A DNA stretch of 64,000 bases from Alphaproteobacteria bacterium SS10 (GTDB lineage Bacteria; Pseudomonadota; Alphaproteobacteria; TMED2), in NCBI GenBank assembly GCA_019192455.1, contig JAHCML010000006.1, forward strand, positions 25 to 64,024. Direction: 5' to 3'. The notes under the pieces were generated by a model. The model was not told the origin of the DNA and did no database searches. It saw only the letters and a list, made by a program, of their open reading frames with translations. Both the position numbers and the translations under genes were made by a program. Of this stretch, positions 9,250-19,233 are shown piece after piece (within the stretch, counting starts at the first letter, position 1; the number at the start of each line of letters is the position of its first letter).

Positions 9250-9773
9250 CATCCGACAATCTGAATCGCGATCCGGTGCCCTCCCCCGACGGCGCGCCGC
9301 AGATCGGTATTATTATGGGCAGCCAATCCGATTGGCCGACCATGCGTGCCGCCGCCCTCTCACTCGCTGAGCTGGGTGTGCCGTTTGAAACGCGGGTCGT
9401 GTCAGCCCACCGCACCCCTGACCGTATGTTCGACTACGCCAAAAGCGCGAAGGAACGCGGCCTGCAGGTGATCATTGCCGGTGCGGGTGGCGCCGCCCAC
9501 CTGCCAGGCATGGTGGCCAGCATGACTACCCTGCCCGTCTTTGGCGTGCCGGTGGAGAGCAAGGCTCTCAGCGGCCTCGACAGCCTGTTATCAATCGTTC
9601 AGATGCCCGGTGGCATTCCGGTTGGCACCCTGGCCATTGGTACAGCAGGCGCCAAGAATGCGGGCCTTTTGGCAGCATCAGTGGTCGCACTCAATGATGA
9701 GGCGGTCGCCGCCAAGCTTGAGCAGCATCGCGCCGCCCAGACCGCCAGCGTCGGCGACGATCCAGCGGGCTAA
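9246..9773 (+). CDS. purE: N5-carboxyaminoimidazole ribonucleotide mutase
   Basis: '[11 protein letters not shown]…VVSAHRTPD…[13 protein letters not shown]' is canonical PurE. GTG start at 9246 overlaps the upstream stop. The first ATG is at 9315. Confidence 0.9.
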   Translation: MTSDNLNRDPVPSPDGAPQIGIIMGSQSDWPTMRAAALSLAELGVPFETRVVSAHRTPDRMFDYAKSAKERGLQVIIAGAGGAAHLPGMVASMTTLPVFGVPVESKALSGLDSLLSIVQMPGGIPVGTLAIGTAGAKNAGLLAASVVALNDEAVAAKLEQHRAAQTASVGDDPAG

Positions 9774-9777
9774 ACCC

Positions 9778-10893
9778 ATGGCCAACACAATGGGGCACAA
9801 GCATCTAGCCCCCAATTCAACCATTGGCATTCTAGGCGGTGGCCAGCTGGGCCGTATGGCTGCCCTAGCCGCGGCCAATCTTGGTTACCGCTGCCATATC
9901 TTCACGCCTGAGGCTGATAGCCCAGCCGCCCAAGTCTCAGCCGCTGCGACGGTTGCCAGCTTCGATGACCACAATGCGCTAACCGCCTTTGCCCAGGCGG
10001 TCGACGTGGTGACACTTGAGTTTGAGAACGTGCCACCGGCAGCGGTTGAATTTCTGGCCCGCACAACACCGGTTCGCCCAGGCGCCGATATCCTCCGCCT
10101 AGCCCAGCATCGGGCGCTTGAGAAAACTGCGGCTGTTGAGCATGGCCTGACCCCCGTACCATGGAAGCCAGTCACAAGCCTGGCCGAGCTTGAAGCCGCA
10201 CTGACCGATATCGGTGCACCGGCGGTCCTAAAGACCTCCCGCCTCGGCTATGACGGTAAGGGACAGCGGATGATTGAGACCGCTGAACAGGCCGCTGACG
10301 CTTGGCAGGCACTCAACACCGATGATGCTGTGTTGGAGAAACGGATCGATCTTGCCGGTGAGATCTCTGTCATCACTGTCCGTGGCCTCGATGGGACGGT
10401 GCTCGCCTACCCGCCTGGTGAGAACATTCACAAAGACCATATCCTGGACACAACCCGGGTCCCGGCACAGATCCCAGATGCGCTGGTAAGCAAGGCAACT
10501 GAAGATGCCAAGGCCCTGGCTGATGCCCTCGGCTACATCGGCGTTTTGGGTGTTGAGTTCTTCATCGCCCAGGATGGGTCGCTATACTTCAACGAAATGG
10601 CGCCACGCCCTCATAACTCGGGCCACTGGACCATGGATGCCGCCATTACCAGCCAGTTTGAACAGCAGGTTCGCGCGGTCGCCGGACTGCCCTTAGGGCC
10701 GGTTGATCAGCGCTGCCCGGTGATCATGGAAAACCTGGTCGGTGACCCCACCGAGCGGGCCGAGGCAGCAACGGCAGACCCACGCGGTAAACTGCACCTC
10801 TATGGCAAAGCCGAGGCGCGGGCCGGACGTAAGATGGGGCACATCAATTGGCTCGATTGCCAAACCGTACCGGACACGCCAGGCACGGAATAA
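9778..10893 (+). CDS. purK: N5-carboxyaminoimidazole ribonucleotide synthase (ATP-grasp)
   Basis: ATG at 9778, 5 nt after the purE stop. 'IGILGGGQLGRM' N-terminus and ATP-grasp pattern are present. The track ORF (9541) is an in-frame upstream extension inside purE. Confidence 0.9.
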   Translation: MANTMGHKHLAPNSTIGILGGGQLGRMAALAAANLGYRCHIFTPEADSPAAQVSAAATVASFDDHNALTAFAQAVDVVTLEFENVPPAAVEFLARTTPVRPGADILRLAQHRALEKTAAVEHGLTPVPWKPVTSLAELEAALTDIGAPAVLKTSRLGYDGKGQRMIETAEQAADAWQALNTDDAVLEKRIDLAGEISVITVRGLDGTVLAYPPGENIHKDHILDTTRVPAQIPDALVSKATEDAKALADALGYIGVLGVEFFIAQDGSLYFNEMAPRPHNSGHWTMDAAITSQFEQQVRAVAGLPLGPVDQRCPVIMENLVGDPTERAEAATADPRGKLHLYGKAEARAGRKMGHINWLDCQTVPDTPGTE

Positions 10894-10949
10894 GCGCCAT
10901 GCGCACCGCCCGGCTGGGCAAGGGCGCAGGATTGCAATAAGATTTCGCA

Positions 10950-11783
10950 ATGCAGCACATGAATGCAAACACGTTGAGCGGCCAAGATCCGGCCATTGCC
11001 GCCGAGATTGGCGAGACCCGCTCCGTCTGGATTTCAGACCTTCACCTTGGCACCAAAGGCGCCAAGGCTGAGGCCGTGCTGCAATTCCTTAACAACCTAG
11101 ACGGGGTTGAGCGGCTTTATCTTGTCGGCGACATCGTTGATGGCTGGCAGTTGCGCAAGCGCTGGTATTGGCCAGAAAGCCATGAGGCCGTTATGGCGCG
11201 CATCCGCGATATGGCTACCGCCGGTACTGAGATTGTGTACCTGCCTGGCAATCACGACGATTACCTGCGTCGCTTCCAGCGTGACCCTAACGGGCTGTTG
11301 GTGGCCGATGAATACGTGCATGAGGCAGCCGATGGCCGCCGCTATCTGATCCTGCATGGTGATCAGTTCGACCTGATTGTCCGCTATGCCAAATGGCTCG
11401 CCCATCTTGGCGACCGCGCCTATGTCTTCCTGCTTTGGTTCAACCGTTGGTTTGAAACTGGGCGGCGACAGATGCAGGCCAGTGCCCGCTGGTCTCTCTC
11501 CGCTTATCTCAAAGGCCAGGTGAAATCAGCCGTTGAGTATGTCAGTCGCTACCGCAAGGCGTTGAAGCTGATTGCCAAAGACCGGCAGGTCGATGGCGTG
11601 ATCTGCGGCCACATCCACCGCCCTGAAATTCGCGATTTGGGCGGTGTCCTCTATTGCAATGACGGCGACTGGGTGGAAAGTTGCACCGCCCTGGTGGAAC
11701 GCCCAGACGGCCAAATGGATCTAATCCGTTGGCATGAGGTGCTAAAACAAGCGGCAAAGCGTTCAGAGCAGCTCGCCGCGTAA
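10950..11783 (+). CDS. UDP-2,3-diacylglucosamine diphosphatase-like calcineurin-type metallophosphoesterase (LpxH family)
   Basis: 277 aa. Metallophosphoesterase motifs 'ISDLHLG', 'GDIVDGW' and 'GNHD' are present. It sits at the head of a lipid A/Kdo gene block. Confidence 0.7.
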   Translation: MQHMNANTLSGQDPAIAAEIGETRSVWISDLHLGTKGAKAEAVLQFLNNLDGVERLYLVGDIVDGWQLRKRWYWPESHEAVMARIRDMATAGTEIVYLPGNHDDYLRRFQRDPNGLLVADEYVHEAADGRRYLILHGDQFDLIVRYAKWLAHLGDRAYVFLLWFNRWFETGRRQMQASARWSLSAYLKGQVKSAVEYVSRYRKALKLIAKDRQVDGVICGHIHRPEIRDLGGVLYCNDGDWVESCTALVERPDGQMDLIRWHEVLKQAAKRSEQLAA

Positions 11784-11840
11784 ACGCCGACCGGCAACAC
11801 ACTCGTTAGCACCAAGCATCTCTTAAAGGCCCCTGATCCC

Positions 11841-12869
11841 GTGCGTATCATCATCATCTCCGATGCCTGGCGACCGCAGGTCAATGGCGTGGTGCGCACG
11901 ATTGAGCGCACCATCGATGTGATCGAAGCTGAGAGGCATGAAGTGCAGGTCATTGGCCCCAGTCTGTTTAAGACAATGCCAATGCCAACCTATCCTGAGA
12001 TTAAGTTGGCGCTGTTCCCCTACCGCAAGCTTGCCCGCATGCTGCGCGACATGCCGCGCGCCTATACCAAGATCCATATCGCGACCGAGGGGCCGCTGGG
12101 CTGGGCGGCGCGCCGGTTCTGCCTGAAACACGGCGTGCCGTTCAGCACCGCCTATCACACCAAATTTCCTGAATATGTTGCCGCCCGCATTCCGGTGCCA
12201 CTCGCCTGGACCTATGCGCTGGTCCGGCATTTTCACCGCGCCTCGGTCAGTGTCATGGTGGCGACGGACACTCTTTGGCGCACGCTGGAATCCTATCGCT
12301 TTAAGAATCTTAAGCGCTGGACCCGCGGCGTTGATACCGAGATGTTTCGCCCGCTACCGCCGGTGGATGGGTTGGACCTACCCCGTCCGATTGCGACCTA
12401 TGTTGGCCGGGTGGCGGTTGAGAAGAATATCGAAGCCTTCCTCGATGCCGAGTTTGAGGGCAGCAAGCTCGTTGTGGGCGATGGCCCCGCGCTTGAAGAT
12501 CTTAAGCGCCGCTACCCGGACATCACCTTTGTTGGCGCCAAACATGGTGAGGAACTGGCGCGCTACTACTCCATGGGCGATGTGTTCGTCTTTCCGTCCC
12601 TGACCGATACATTTGGCCTTGTCATGCTTGAAGCTCTGGCCTGCGGTGTGCCGGTGGCTGCCTTCCCCGTCACTGGCCCGTTAGACATCTTGAAAGACAG
12701 TGATGTGGCCGTCCTCAACGACGATTTAGCCCTTGCGATGCGCGAAGCACTGCCACTGGACAAACAAGCCTGCCGCGACTTTGCCATGGGATACTCCTGG
12801 GAGGCGGCGACGGCACAATTCCTGAGCAACCTTCCACCCGCCCAACCGATTGGTGAAGGCAGTCCATGA
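11841..12869 (+). CDS. Glycosyltransferase family 4 (GT1-fold) protein
   Basis: 342 aa. C-terminal 'FVFPS…E.FG.V.LEA.A.G.PV' donor-binding motif is present. GTG start, with no in-frame ATG nearby. Confidence 0.8.
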   Translation: MRIIIISDAWRPQVNGVVRTIERTIDVIEAERHEVQVIGPSLFKTMPMPTYPEIKLALFPYRKLARMLRDMPRAYTKIHIATEGPLGWAARRFCLKHGVPFSTAYHTKFPEYVAARIPVPLAWTYALVRHFHRASVSVMVATDTLWRTLESYRFKNLKRWTRGVDTEMFRPLPPVDGLDLPRPIATYVGRVAVEKNIEAFLDAEFEGSKLVVGDGPALEDLKRRYPDITFVGAKHGEELARYYSMGDVFVFPSLTDTFGLVMLEALACGVPVAAFPVTGPLDILKDSDVAVLNDDLALAMREALPLDKQACRDFAMGYSWEAATAQFLSNLPPAQPIGEGSP

Positions 12870-14158
12870 CCGCACTTCTGTCCATCTATCGCGGTGCGAC
12901 CAGTGCCAGCGCGCCAGCGCTGAACTGGCTGCTACGCCGTCGGGTGGCGAAGGGAAAGGAAGTGCCGACCCGGCTGAACGAACGCCGGGGCATTAGCGAC
13001 AAGACAAGACCAGACGGCCCGCTACTCTGGTGTCATGGGGCCAGCGTTGGTGAGGCGTTATCGGCCCTACCCCTGCTGCACCGCCTTGCTGAGGCACACC
13101 CACAACTGACGCTATTGGTGACCACCACCACCGTGACATCAGCTCAACTGATGGCTGAACGGCTACCAACCAGCGCTATTCACCAGTTTGCCCCTTGGGA
13201 CCACCCGACTTGGGTCGCCCGCTTCATGGATCACTGGCAACCCGATGCCGTGTTGTGGCTGGAGTCAGAGCTCTGGCCAAACGCACTAGCCGCGATCAAG
13301 GCGCGGCAAACGCCGGCCATGCTGCTGAACGCGCGGATATCTGACCGCTCATTCTCCCGGTGGCAGTACCTATCGGGCACGGCATCAGAGATGTTGAGCA
13401 GCTTTAAGGAATGCCTGCCCCAGTCCGATGCAGATGGGCAGCGGCTAGAGGCGCTTGGGGCCCAATCAGTATCCAGCCTGGGCAACCTCAAATTCGGCGC
13501 CCCGCCATTGCCCGTTGATATGGCCGCACTGGACGCCATGCGCGGGGCGATTGGTGGGCGAACCATCTGGCTTGCGGCCTCAACCCACCCAGGGGAGGAA
13601 GAGGCGGTCATCGCCGCGCACAAACAGCTGGCGAAGAAGCATAGCGATATCCTGACAATCCTGGCCCCCAGACACCCACAACGTGGTGGTGAGATTGCCA
13701 ACCTTGTTCAACGCTCCGGTTTGACCGTTGCCCAACGCAGCACCGGCGCCCTCCCCCAACAAGACACTGGTATCTACCTCACCGATACGCTGGGCGAGAT
13801 GGGCACGCTGTTCACCCTATGCCCTGTCGTGTTTATGGGCGGGTCCCTGGTTCCCATTGGTGGCCACAACCCGATTGAGCCAGCGCTGTTTGGCTGCGCC
13901 GTTCTACACGGCCCGCATATGGAGAACTTCCGCGCAATCCGCGATGCAATGGCGAACGCCGATGCCGTGGAGGCCGTGGCCAACGACACCGCGCTTGGTA
14001 ACAGCCTGGCTGCCCTCCTAGACAATCCCCAGGCCGTCGCCGATCTCGGCAAGCGCGCCAAGTCGATGGCACAGGATGAGGCCACCGTACTTGACCGGGT
14101 TGAGGCCCGCGTCACCTCAATGCTTGCCCCATTGCTGCTGAAGACGGCGGCAGCATGA
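12866..14158 (+). CDS. waaA: 3-deoxy-D-manno-octulosonic acid (Kdo) transferase
   Basis: 430 aa. The 'WCHGASVGE' motif near the N-terminus is characteristic of KdtA/WaaA. Start overlaps the previous stop (ATGA). Confidence 0.9.
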   Translation: MTALLSIYRGATSASAPALNWLLRRRVAKGKEVPTRLNERRGISDKTRPDGPLLWCHGASVGEALSALPLLHRLAEAHPQLTLLVTTTTVTSAQLMAERLPTSAIHQFAPWDHPTWVARFMDHWQPDAVLWLESELWPNALAAIKARQTPAMLLNARISDRSFSRWQYLSGTASEMLSSFKECLPQSDADGQRLEALGAQSVSSLGNLKFGAPPLPVDMAALDAMRGAIGGRTIWLAASTHPGEEEAVIAAHKQLAKKHSDILTILAPRHPQRGGEIANLVQRSGLTVAQRSTGALPQQDTGIYLTDTLGEMGTLFTLCPVVFMGGSLVPIGGHNPIEPALFGCAVLHGPHMENFRAIRDAMANADAVEAVANDTALGNSLAALLDNPQAVADLGKRAKSMAQDEATVLDRVEARVTSMLAPLLLKTAAA

Positions 14159-15153
14159 GCCTGACCACCCCATCCTTCTGGTACGCACCACCTGGCCTGC
14201 TAAGCACCTGCCTGGCCCCTTTGGGTTGGATGTATGCCAGCGTGACCGCACATCGACTGAAGCGCCCAGCACAGCGCCTAAGCGTCCCGGTTATCTGCGT
14301 TGGTAACCTAACCGCCGGTGGCGGTGGGAAAACGCCCCTCGCACGTTTTGTGTATGGGCGGGCTAAGGCGTTGACGCCTGATGCGACGCCCCATTTCCTA
14401 AGCCGAGGCTATGGCGGCACCCTTCCCGGTCCAGTCCAGGTCAATACCGAGCGGCATACCGCCGATCAGGTGGGCGATGAACCACTACTGCTCGCAGAGA
14501 ACGGCCCTTGTTGGGTCGCAAAGGACCGTCATGCCGGCGCGCAAGCGGCAATTGACGCAGGTGCCTCACTGATCATTCAAGATGACGGCATGCAAAGCCC
14601 AGTGCCGCCAAAGGATCGCACCCTGCTGACCGTAAAAGGCCATCGTGGTTTTGGAAATGGCCAGGCCATCCCGGCGGGCCCGCTGCGTGAGAGTATGGCG
14701 AAGGGTATAGCCCGAGCCGATGCCTTAATCTCAGTTGGTGAGCCGGAGCATTCAAGCTTACTTGGTCTGCAGCTGATGGTTGGCCAGTATCAGGCCGATC
14801 CTGACGCCATCGCTCGACTTCAAGAGGGACGCTGGGTCAGCCTTGCTGGCATCGCTGACCCGGCGAGCTTTGCCAACCTACTTACGAGCCAAGGTGTCGA
14901 TATTGTTGATCGGATCGAATTGGCAGATCACGCGCCACTCTCCGATGCCGATATGACGGCCTATGCCAAGCGCGCTAGCGAACAAAATGCCAAGCTGGTG
15001 GTGACCGAGAAGGATTGGGTACGCCTAAGCCCCGAATGGCGGGCACAGGTTAAGCATCTACCAATCTCTTTGGTTTTTGATGATGAGGCCTGCCTCGATC
15101 ACCTGCTGAAGCCCCTACTATCTCCAGCGATGGAGGCTCAGCATGGCACGTGA
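14155..15153 (+). CDS. lpxK: Tetraacyldisaccharide 4'-kinase
   Basis: 332 aa. P-loop 'VGNLTAGGGGKTP' is present. Start overlaps the waaA stop. Confidence 0.9.
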   Translation: MSLTTPSFWYAPPGLLSTCLAPLGWMYASVTAHRLKRPAQRLSVPVICVGNLTAGGGGKTPLARFVYGRAKALTPDATPHFLSRGYGGTLPGPVQVNTERHTADQVGDEPLLLAENGPCWVAKDRHAGAQAAIDAGASLIIQDDGMQSPVPPKDRTLLTVKGHRGFGNGQAIPAGPLRESMAKGIARADALISVGEPEHSSLLGLQLMVGQYQADPDAIARLQEGRWVSLAGIADPASFANLLTSQGVDIVDRIELADHAPLSDADMTAYAKRASEQNAKLVVTEKDWVRLSPEWRAQVKHLPISLVFDDEACLDHLLKPLLSPAMEAQHGT

Positions 15154-16114
15154 TGGCAGACGCCCTGTAACACCAGTTGAGCGGTGGGTGACCTACCCCC
15201 TGCAGGCAATTCCTGTTTATCTGCTGTTCGGCTTTTTCTGGTTATTGCCGACCGATTGGGCGTCTGCCCTTGGCAGTTGGCTGGGACGAAAGATTGGACC
15301 ACGCCTGGGCGTCACCAAACGCGCACGTCGCAACCTGACACGCATGATGCCAGAGATTGAGGAGGCCGAGCGCGAGGCCATCATCCTCGGAATGTGGGAT
15401 AATCTAGGCCGCACGGTTGCCGAATACCCGCATCTGAAACGCATCTGGGATCAGGCTGAAAGGCGGATCGAGCGGGTTGGTTTTGAGCATCTGAACAAGA
15501 TTACTGAGAACGCAACCCAATGCGTCATGGTCTCTGGCCACCTAGCGAATTGGGAGGTGGCCCAGGTTGGGGCACGGCGCTACGGCATCGAACTCGGCTT
15601 CATCTATCGACGCCTCAACAACATCTACGTGAACCCGCTGCTACTGTGGCTACGTCGTCATGCCAGCCGCATCTTCTTCTTCAAAGGCGCAGAGGGCGGC
15701 AGGCAGGCCCTGGCCCATTTGAAGAAGGGCGGCAATCTCGCCCTGCTGATCGATCAGAAGCTGAATGAGGGCATCCCCGTACCCTTCTTTGGCGTGCCGG
15801 CGATGACCGCACCAGCGGTTGCCAGCTTCACCTTCAAGTTTGAGACCGCCCTGCTAATGATCCGGACTGAGCGGCTAGAGGGTTGCCGGTTTCGGGTAAC
15901 CGTCATGCCACCGATTGAGCCAGAGGTCACCGGTGACCGGCAACACGACACGCTGGTCCTGATGACCGAGCTGAACGCACAGCTGGAAGAGTGGATTAAG
16001 GAGCGGCCAGAACAGTGGCTGTGGCTTCACAACCGCTGGCCCGCCGAGGCGTTTACGGAGCCGAAGGCATCAGTCCTCGACGGTGACACCGAAAAGGTCA
16101 CAGAGGAAGCGTAG
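15143..16114 (+). CDS. Lipid A biosynthesis lauroyl/myristoyl acyltransferase family (LpxL/HtrB-like)
   Basis: 323 aa. The 'MVSGHLANWE' HX4D-type acyltransferase motif region is present. Membership of the lpxK operon also supports the call. Confidence 0.8.
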   Translation: MARDGRRPVTPVERWVTYPLQAIPVYLLFGFFWLLPTDWASALGSWLGRKIGPRLGVTKRARRNLTRMMPEIEEAEREAIILGMWDNLGRTVAEYPHLKRIWDQAERRIERVGFEHLNKITENATQCVMVSGHLANWEVAQVGARRYGIELGFIYRRLNNIYVNPLLLWLRRHASRIFFFKGAEGGRQALAHLKKGGNLALLIDQKLNEGIPVPFFGVPAMTAPAVASFTFKFETALLMIRTERLEGCRFRVTVMPPIEPEVTGDRQHDTLVLMTELNAQLEEWIKERPEQWLWLHNRWPAEAFTEPKASVLDGDTEKVTEEA

Positions 16115-16654
16115 CTCACCGCTAAAGCCGCGACCGAGGGCGCGGAAGGACCACTTATTCTCGCCGCTGCGCAGGATCTCTCCAAACACAAAGGCCGTCT
16201 CGGTGGATGACTCCTCACGCAGGTCATAGCGCGCGATTTCTTTGTTGGTCTGGGTGTTAACAAGGCGCACGAATGAGGCGCTGACCATCCCAAAATTCTG
16301 TTCCCGCTCTTCAGCCTCATAGATTGAGACCGCGATGGCGAGCTTTTGCACATCTTCCGGGATCATGGAGAGGTTCACGTTCAGGAACTCATCATCCCCA
16401 TCACCCACACCTGTCCGGTTATCCTGGGACAAGGTGATAGAACCGCATTCTGATTCCATCTGATTGTAGAAGATGATGTCGGCGCTGGAACGCACGCGGT
16501 TGCCCGGCCCAAGCATGAAGATTGAGGCATCGAGATCGATCTCTTGCCCCTTCTCATCACTCGCATCCCAACCGAGACCAACCAGCAGGTCATTCAGTTC
16601 GGGATCGGCATCTGCCAAATCAATTTGATCGCCGCGGCTTACCGAAACAACCAT
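16070..16654 (-). CDS. TerD domain protein (tellurium-resistance/Ca-binding TerD family)
   Basis: 194 aa. 'GDQIDL…LGWD…DLDASIF…GD…DDE…V.L' pattern is typical of TerD. The 3' end overlaps the lpxL-like gene convergently by 45 bp. Confidence 0.8.
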   Translation of the reverse strand: MVVSVSRGDQIDLADADPELNDLLVGLGWDASDEKGQEIDLDASIFMLGPGNRVRSSADIIFYNQMESECGSITLSQDNRTGVGDGDDEFLNVNLSMIPEDVQKLAIAVSIYEAEEREQNFGMVSASFVRLVNTQTNKEIARYDLREESSTETAFVFGEILRSGENKWSFRALGRGFSGELRFLCDLFGVTVED

Positions 16655-16705
16655 AGCTCACACTCTCAATACCGGCCCAAGATCGGCATCACTGCCCAAT
16701 CTCAC

Positions 16706-17296
16706 TTAAACAATGGTGGCGTGATCCACCAACTCCAACATCGGCAAATCATGGGGTTTATTGCCATAGCCCCAAATCTCATCAAAGGGGCCCTGTTTGG
16801 CAATCCATGCCTCAACCTGCCGCTTCTTTTCTTGGCGGACACAGTTACCACCATCAAGCCGCCCCGTCAGGTTGCCTTTACCATCAACGGCTAATTCCGT
16901 TCCAATCACGGTGATATCTGATCCAAAGCGATGGGCAACGAAGTGCTCGGCCGCCAAACGGGCGGCACCCGTTGCAACGAGGACGGTTACATCATCCTGC
17001 TTGTGCTTATTGAGCGCGTTCGGCGCCAGCTGCTTCCAGCGCAGCCTCGGCGCTACCCGTTGGGCCATCGAAACTGCGTAATCAACCGGTACGCCAGACA
17101 GGCAGGGGATTTGGAGCGCTTCTTTAAACACGGTTCGGCGATCGGCGCCCTTAGGGGCAGTAAAACGTGCCCAGCTTGCCTGGCGCAAAGCTCGCGCAAA
17201 ACGAAGGCGCCCGGCAATACCAACCAACCAGGGCACCAGCGTATCGCCCTTGGTTAGCGTGTTATCGAGATCAAAAACCGCCAATTGGCGCGCCAT
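16706..17296 (-). CDS. HAD-IB family hydrolase (SerB-like phosphatase fold)
   Basis: 196 aa. Motif I 'VFDLDNTL' is present, plus downstream K…GDG…D-type motifs. Confidence 0.8.
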   Translation of the reverse strand: MARQLAVFDLDNTLTKGDTLVPWLVGIAGRLRFARALRQASWARFTAPKGADRRTVFKEALQIPCLSGVPVDYAVSMAQRVAPRLRWKQLAPNALNKHKQDDVTVLVATGAARLAAEHFVAHRFGSDITVIGTELAVDGKGNLTGRLDGGNCVRQEKKRQVEAWIAKQGPFDEIWGYGNKPHDLPMLELVDHATIV

Positions 17297-17350
17297 GATG
17301 CCAATCCCTGGATGGCTGTGCCTTGTACTGTCTCTCTAGCCCAGACCCAA

Positions 17351-18352
17351 CTAACCACCAACCGCCGGTTGGACTGCGGTTGTGTAGTACTCAGCCCCGA
17401 TAAAGCTCAGATATCCGAGGAGCATCACGATGCCTAACAGGCGCGGTAGATGTTGGGTCACCAACACCCAGACCGAGAAGGCGACAGTGGTGCCGACCAT
17501 CACATAGAGGCTCAGACCGAGCAGGTGTGGATCAACGGCAATAGGCGCGACCAGCGAGGTAATGCCGATGATGGAGAGGACGTTGAAGACGTTGGAGCCA
17601 ACGATGTTGCCGAAAACCAGGTCCAGCTCTTTCTTACGGATCGCAACGATACAGGTCGCCAATTCCGGCAGGGACGTACCGAACGCGACGACGGTCAGGG
17701 CAACCACAGATTCAGGTACGCCAATCGCGTTTGCGGAGACAATGGTACCGCGCACCAGCATCTCGGAGCCCAGGCTGACCCCAACCAAACCGAGGAACAG
17801 CGCCATCATACAGGCGCGCATATTGGGGAAATCCGCCTCATCCACCTCTTCCGGTGGCGGCAGCTTATTCTTCTGGGCCTCAACATACTGATAGATCACA
17901 TAGCCGATCAGAGCGGCCAGCATCAGCCCGCCCTGCAGTCGGGTGATTAGGCCAGTAAACATCGCAATGACCAGCACCGCCGTTGCCAGCAGCATGACCA
18001 CGATGTCCCGTGTGACCTCACTCCGCTTAACGGTCAGGGGGGCCAAAACGGCGGTTACGCCCAGGATAAGCAAGATATTGGCGATGTTTGAGCCGACCAC
18101 ATTACCGATAGCAATGCCGCCAAACCCCTTCAAATTCGCGTTTACCGAGACCAGCAGTTCAGGCAGCGACGTCCCGAAGGCAACGATGGTGAAACCCACC
18201 ACCATCGGCGGAATGCCAAACTGCTTTGCGATGTAGATTGAGCCATCGACAACGGCACCACCGCCCTTAACCAACAGGTAGATCCCTAAACCAATCGCCC
18301 CTGCCGACAAGAACAACAGATCGGCAAAGCTGAGAGAGATACTATCGGGCAT
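17351..18352 (-). CDS. Ca2+:cation antiporter (CaCA/YrbG family sodium:calcium exchanger)
   Basis: 333 aa polytopic membrane protein. Two alpha-repeat 'GTSLPEL' motifs are present (FGTSLPELLVS and FGTSLPELATC). Confidence 0.85.
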   Translation of the reverse strand: MPDSISLSFADLLFLSAGAIGLGIYLLVKGGGAVVDGSIYIAKQFGIPPMVVGFTIVAFGTSLPELLVSVNANLKGFGGIAIGNVVGSNIANILLILGVTAVLAPLTVKRSEVTRDIVVMLLATAVLVIAMFTGLITRLQGGLMLAALIGYVIYQYVEAQKNKLPPPEEVDEADFPNMRACMMALFLGLVGVSLGSEMLVRGTIVSANAIGVPESVVALTVVAFGTSLPELATCIVAIRKKELDLVFGNIVGSNVFNVLSIIGITSLVAPIAVDPHLLGLSLYVMVGTTVAFSVWVLVTQHLPRLLGIVMLLGYLSFIGAEYYTTAVQPAVGG

Positions 18353-18470
18353 CTAGGGTCCTATCTCATCGCGCCGCTGCGACGGACATCCGTGGCAGGC
18401 TATGGGCTGGCGATGTGGTGTGTGGAAGAGTTCGTCGAGGAAACGACCGGCACAACATAATGTGGTGCCG

Positions 18471-19046
18471 TTAGTCCTTGCTGCCAATCTCCCAGCGGAG
18501 ACCGAATCCATAATGCTCATCCAGATCCTTATGGGTCCGGAAATACTGGTTCAGCTTCTTCACTTCGAACGCGTTGTTCTTGTTCTCAAGCATGGCGATG
18601 GCGCACATGCCCCGATCACTCCGCGCATTCTCAAGCTCAACCATGATCGGCTCTTGGCTAGGGACCAGAACTTGGGCCAGGCAGTCGATCAACGACCAGT
18701 TCGGCACGCCGTCATAAATATAGGCAAAGATGCAAACCCGCTTGATATCGGCCCAATGGTCGCCATTGATGCGGATCGTCTCACCAGCGGAGCCGCCGGT
18801 CCGATCATCCTTATCCAACTCGATATATGGCTCAGCACCGAAGGCGCCATACATGTCGCCAAGCGCCTGAATGCAACCCAAATAGCCATCATTCAGTTCG
18901 AACAAGCAGCCCAAATCCAGGTCGATGTCAGAGCCCTTGCCCTTATCGGCCTTATCACTCCACATGAGTTTGACTTGAATTTCGCCAAAGGCACCGGCGG
19001 CACCCGATACGCTTACGCTTTGCCCTTGATCCAGGGTCGTGGTCAT
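18471..19046 (-). CDS. TerD domain protein, second copy
   Basis: 191 aa. 'GSDIDLDLGC…DDRTGGSAGE…' pattern is typical of TerD. ATG at 19044-19046. Confidence 0.8.
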   Translation of the reverse strand: MTTTLDQGQSVSVSGAAGAFGEIQVKLMWSDKADKGKGSDIDLDLGCLFELNDGYLGCIQALGDMYGAFGAEPYIELDKDDRTGGSAGETIRINGDHWADIKRVCIFAYIYDGVPNWSLIDCLAQVLVPSQEPIMVELENARSDRGMCAIAMLENKNNAFEVKKLNQYFRTHKDLDEHYGFGLRWEIGSKD

Positions 19047-19233
19047 GGCGCGTCCATCGATTGTTAGAAAGCCGCCCGGGCGGATCGCCAGCGGTGCGGG
19101 ATAGGTAAGACCCTGAAAGTTCTAGCAGTCACCGATATGCTTGTCATGCCTTCCCGTGCTGCACCGCAAGCATCGAAATAGGACAGCCAGTCGCAGGCAA
19201 CGCAGCTAAGCCGTTTTGGTCATTGCCGTTTCC

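Noticed and set aside
17450-18236. 166-aa and 97-aa plus-strand ORFs
   Set aside because: They are antisense to the Ca2+:cation antiporter gene. Composition is Arg/Gly/Asp-rich and shadow-like.
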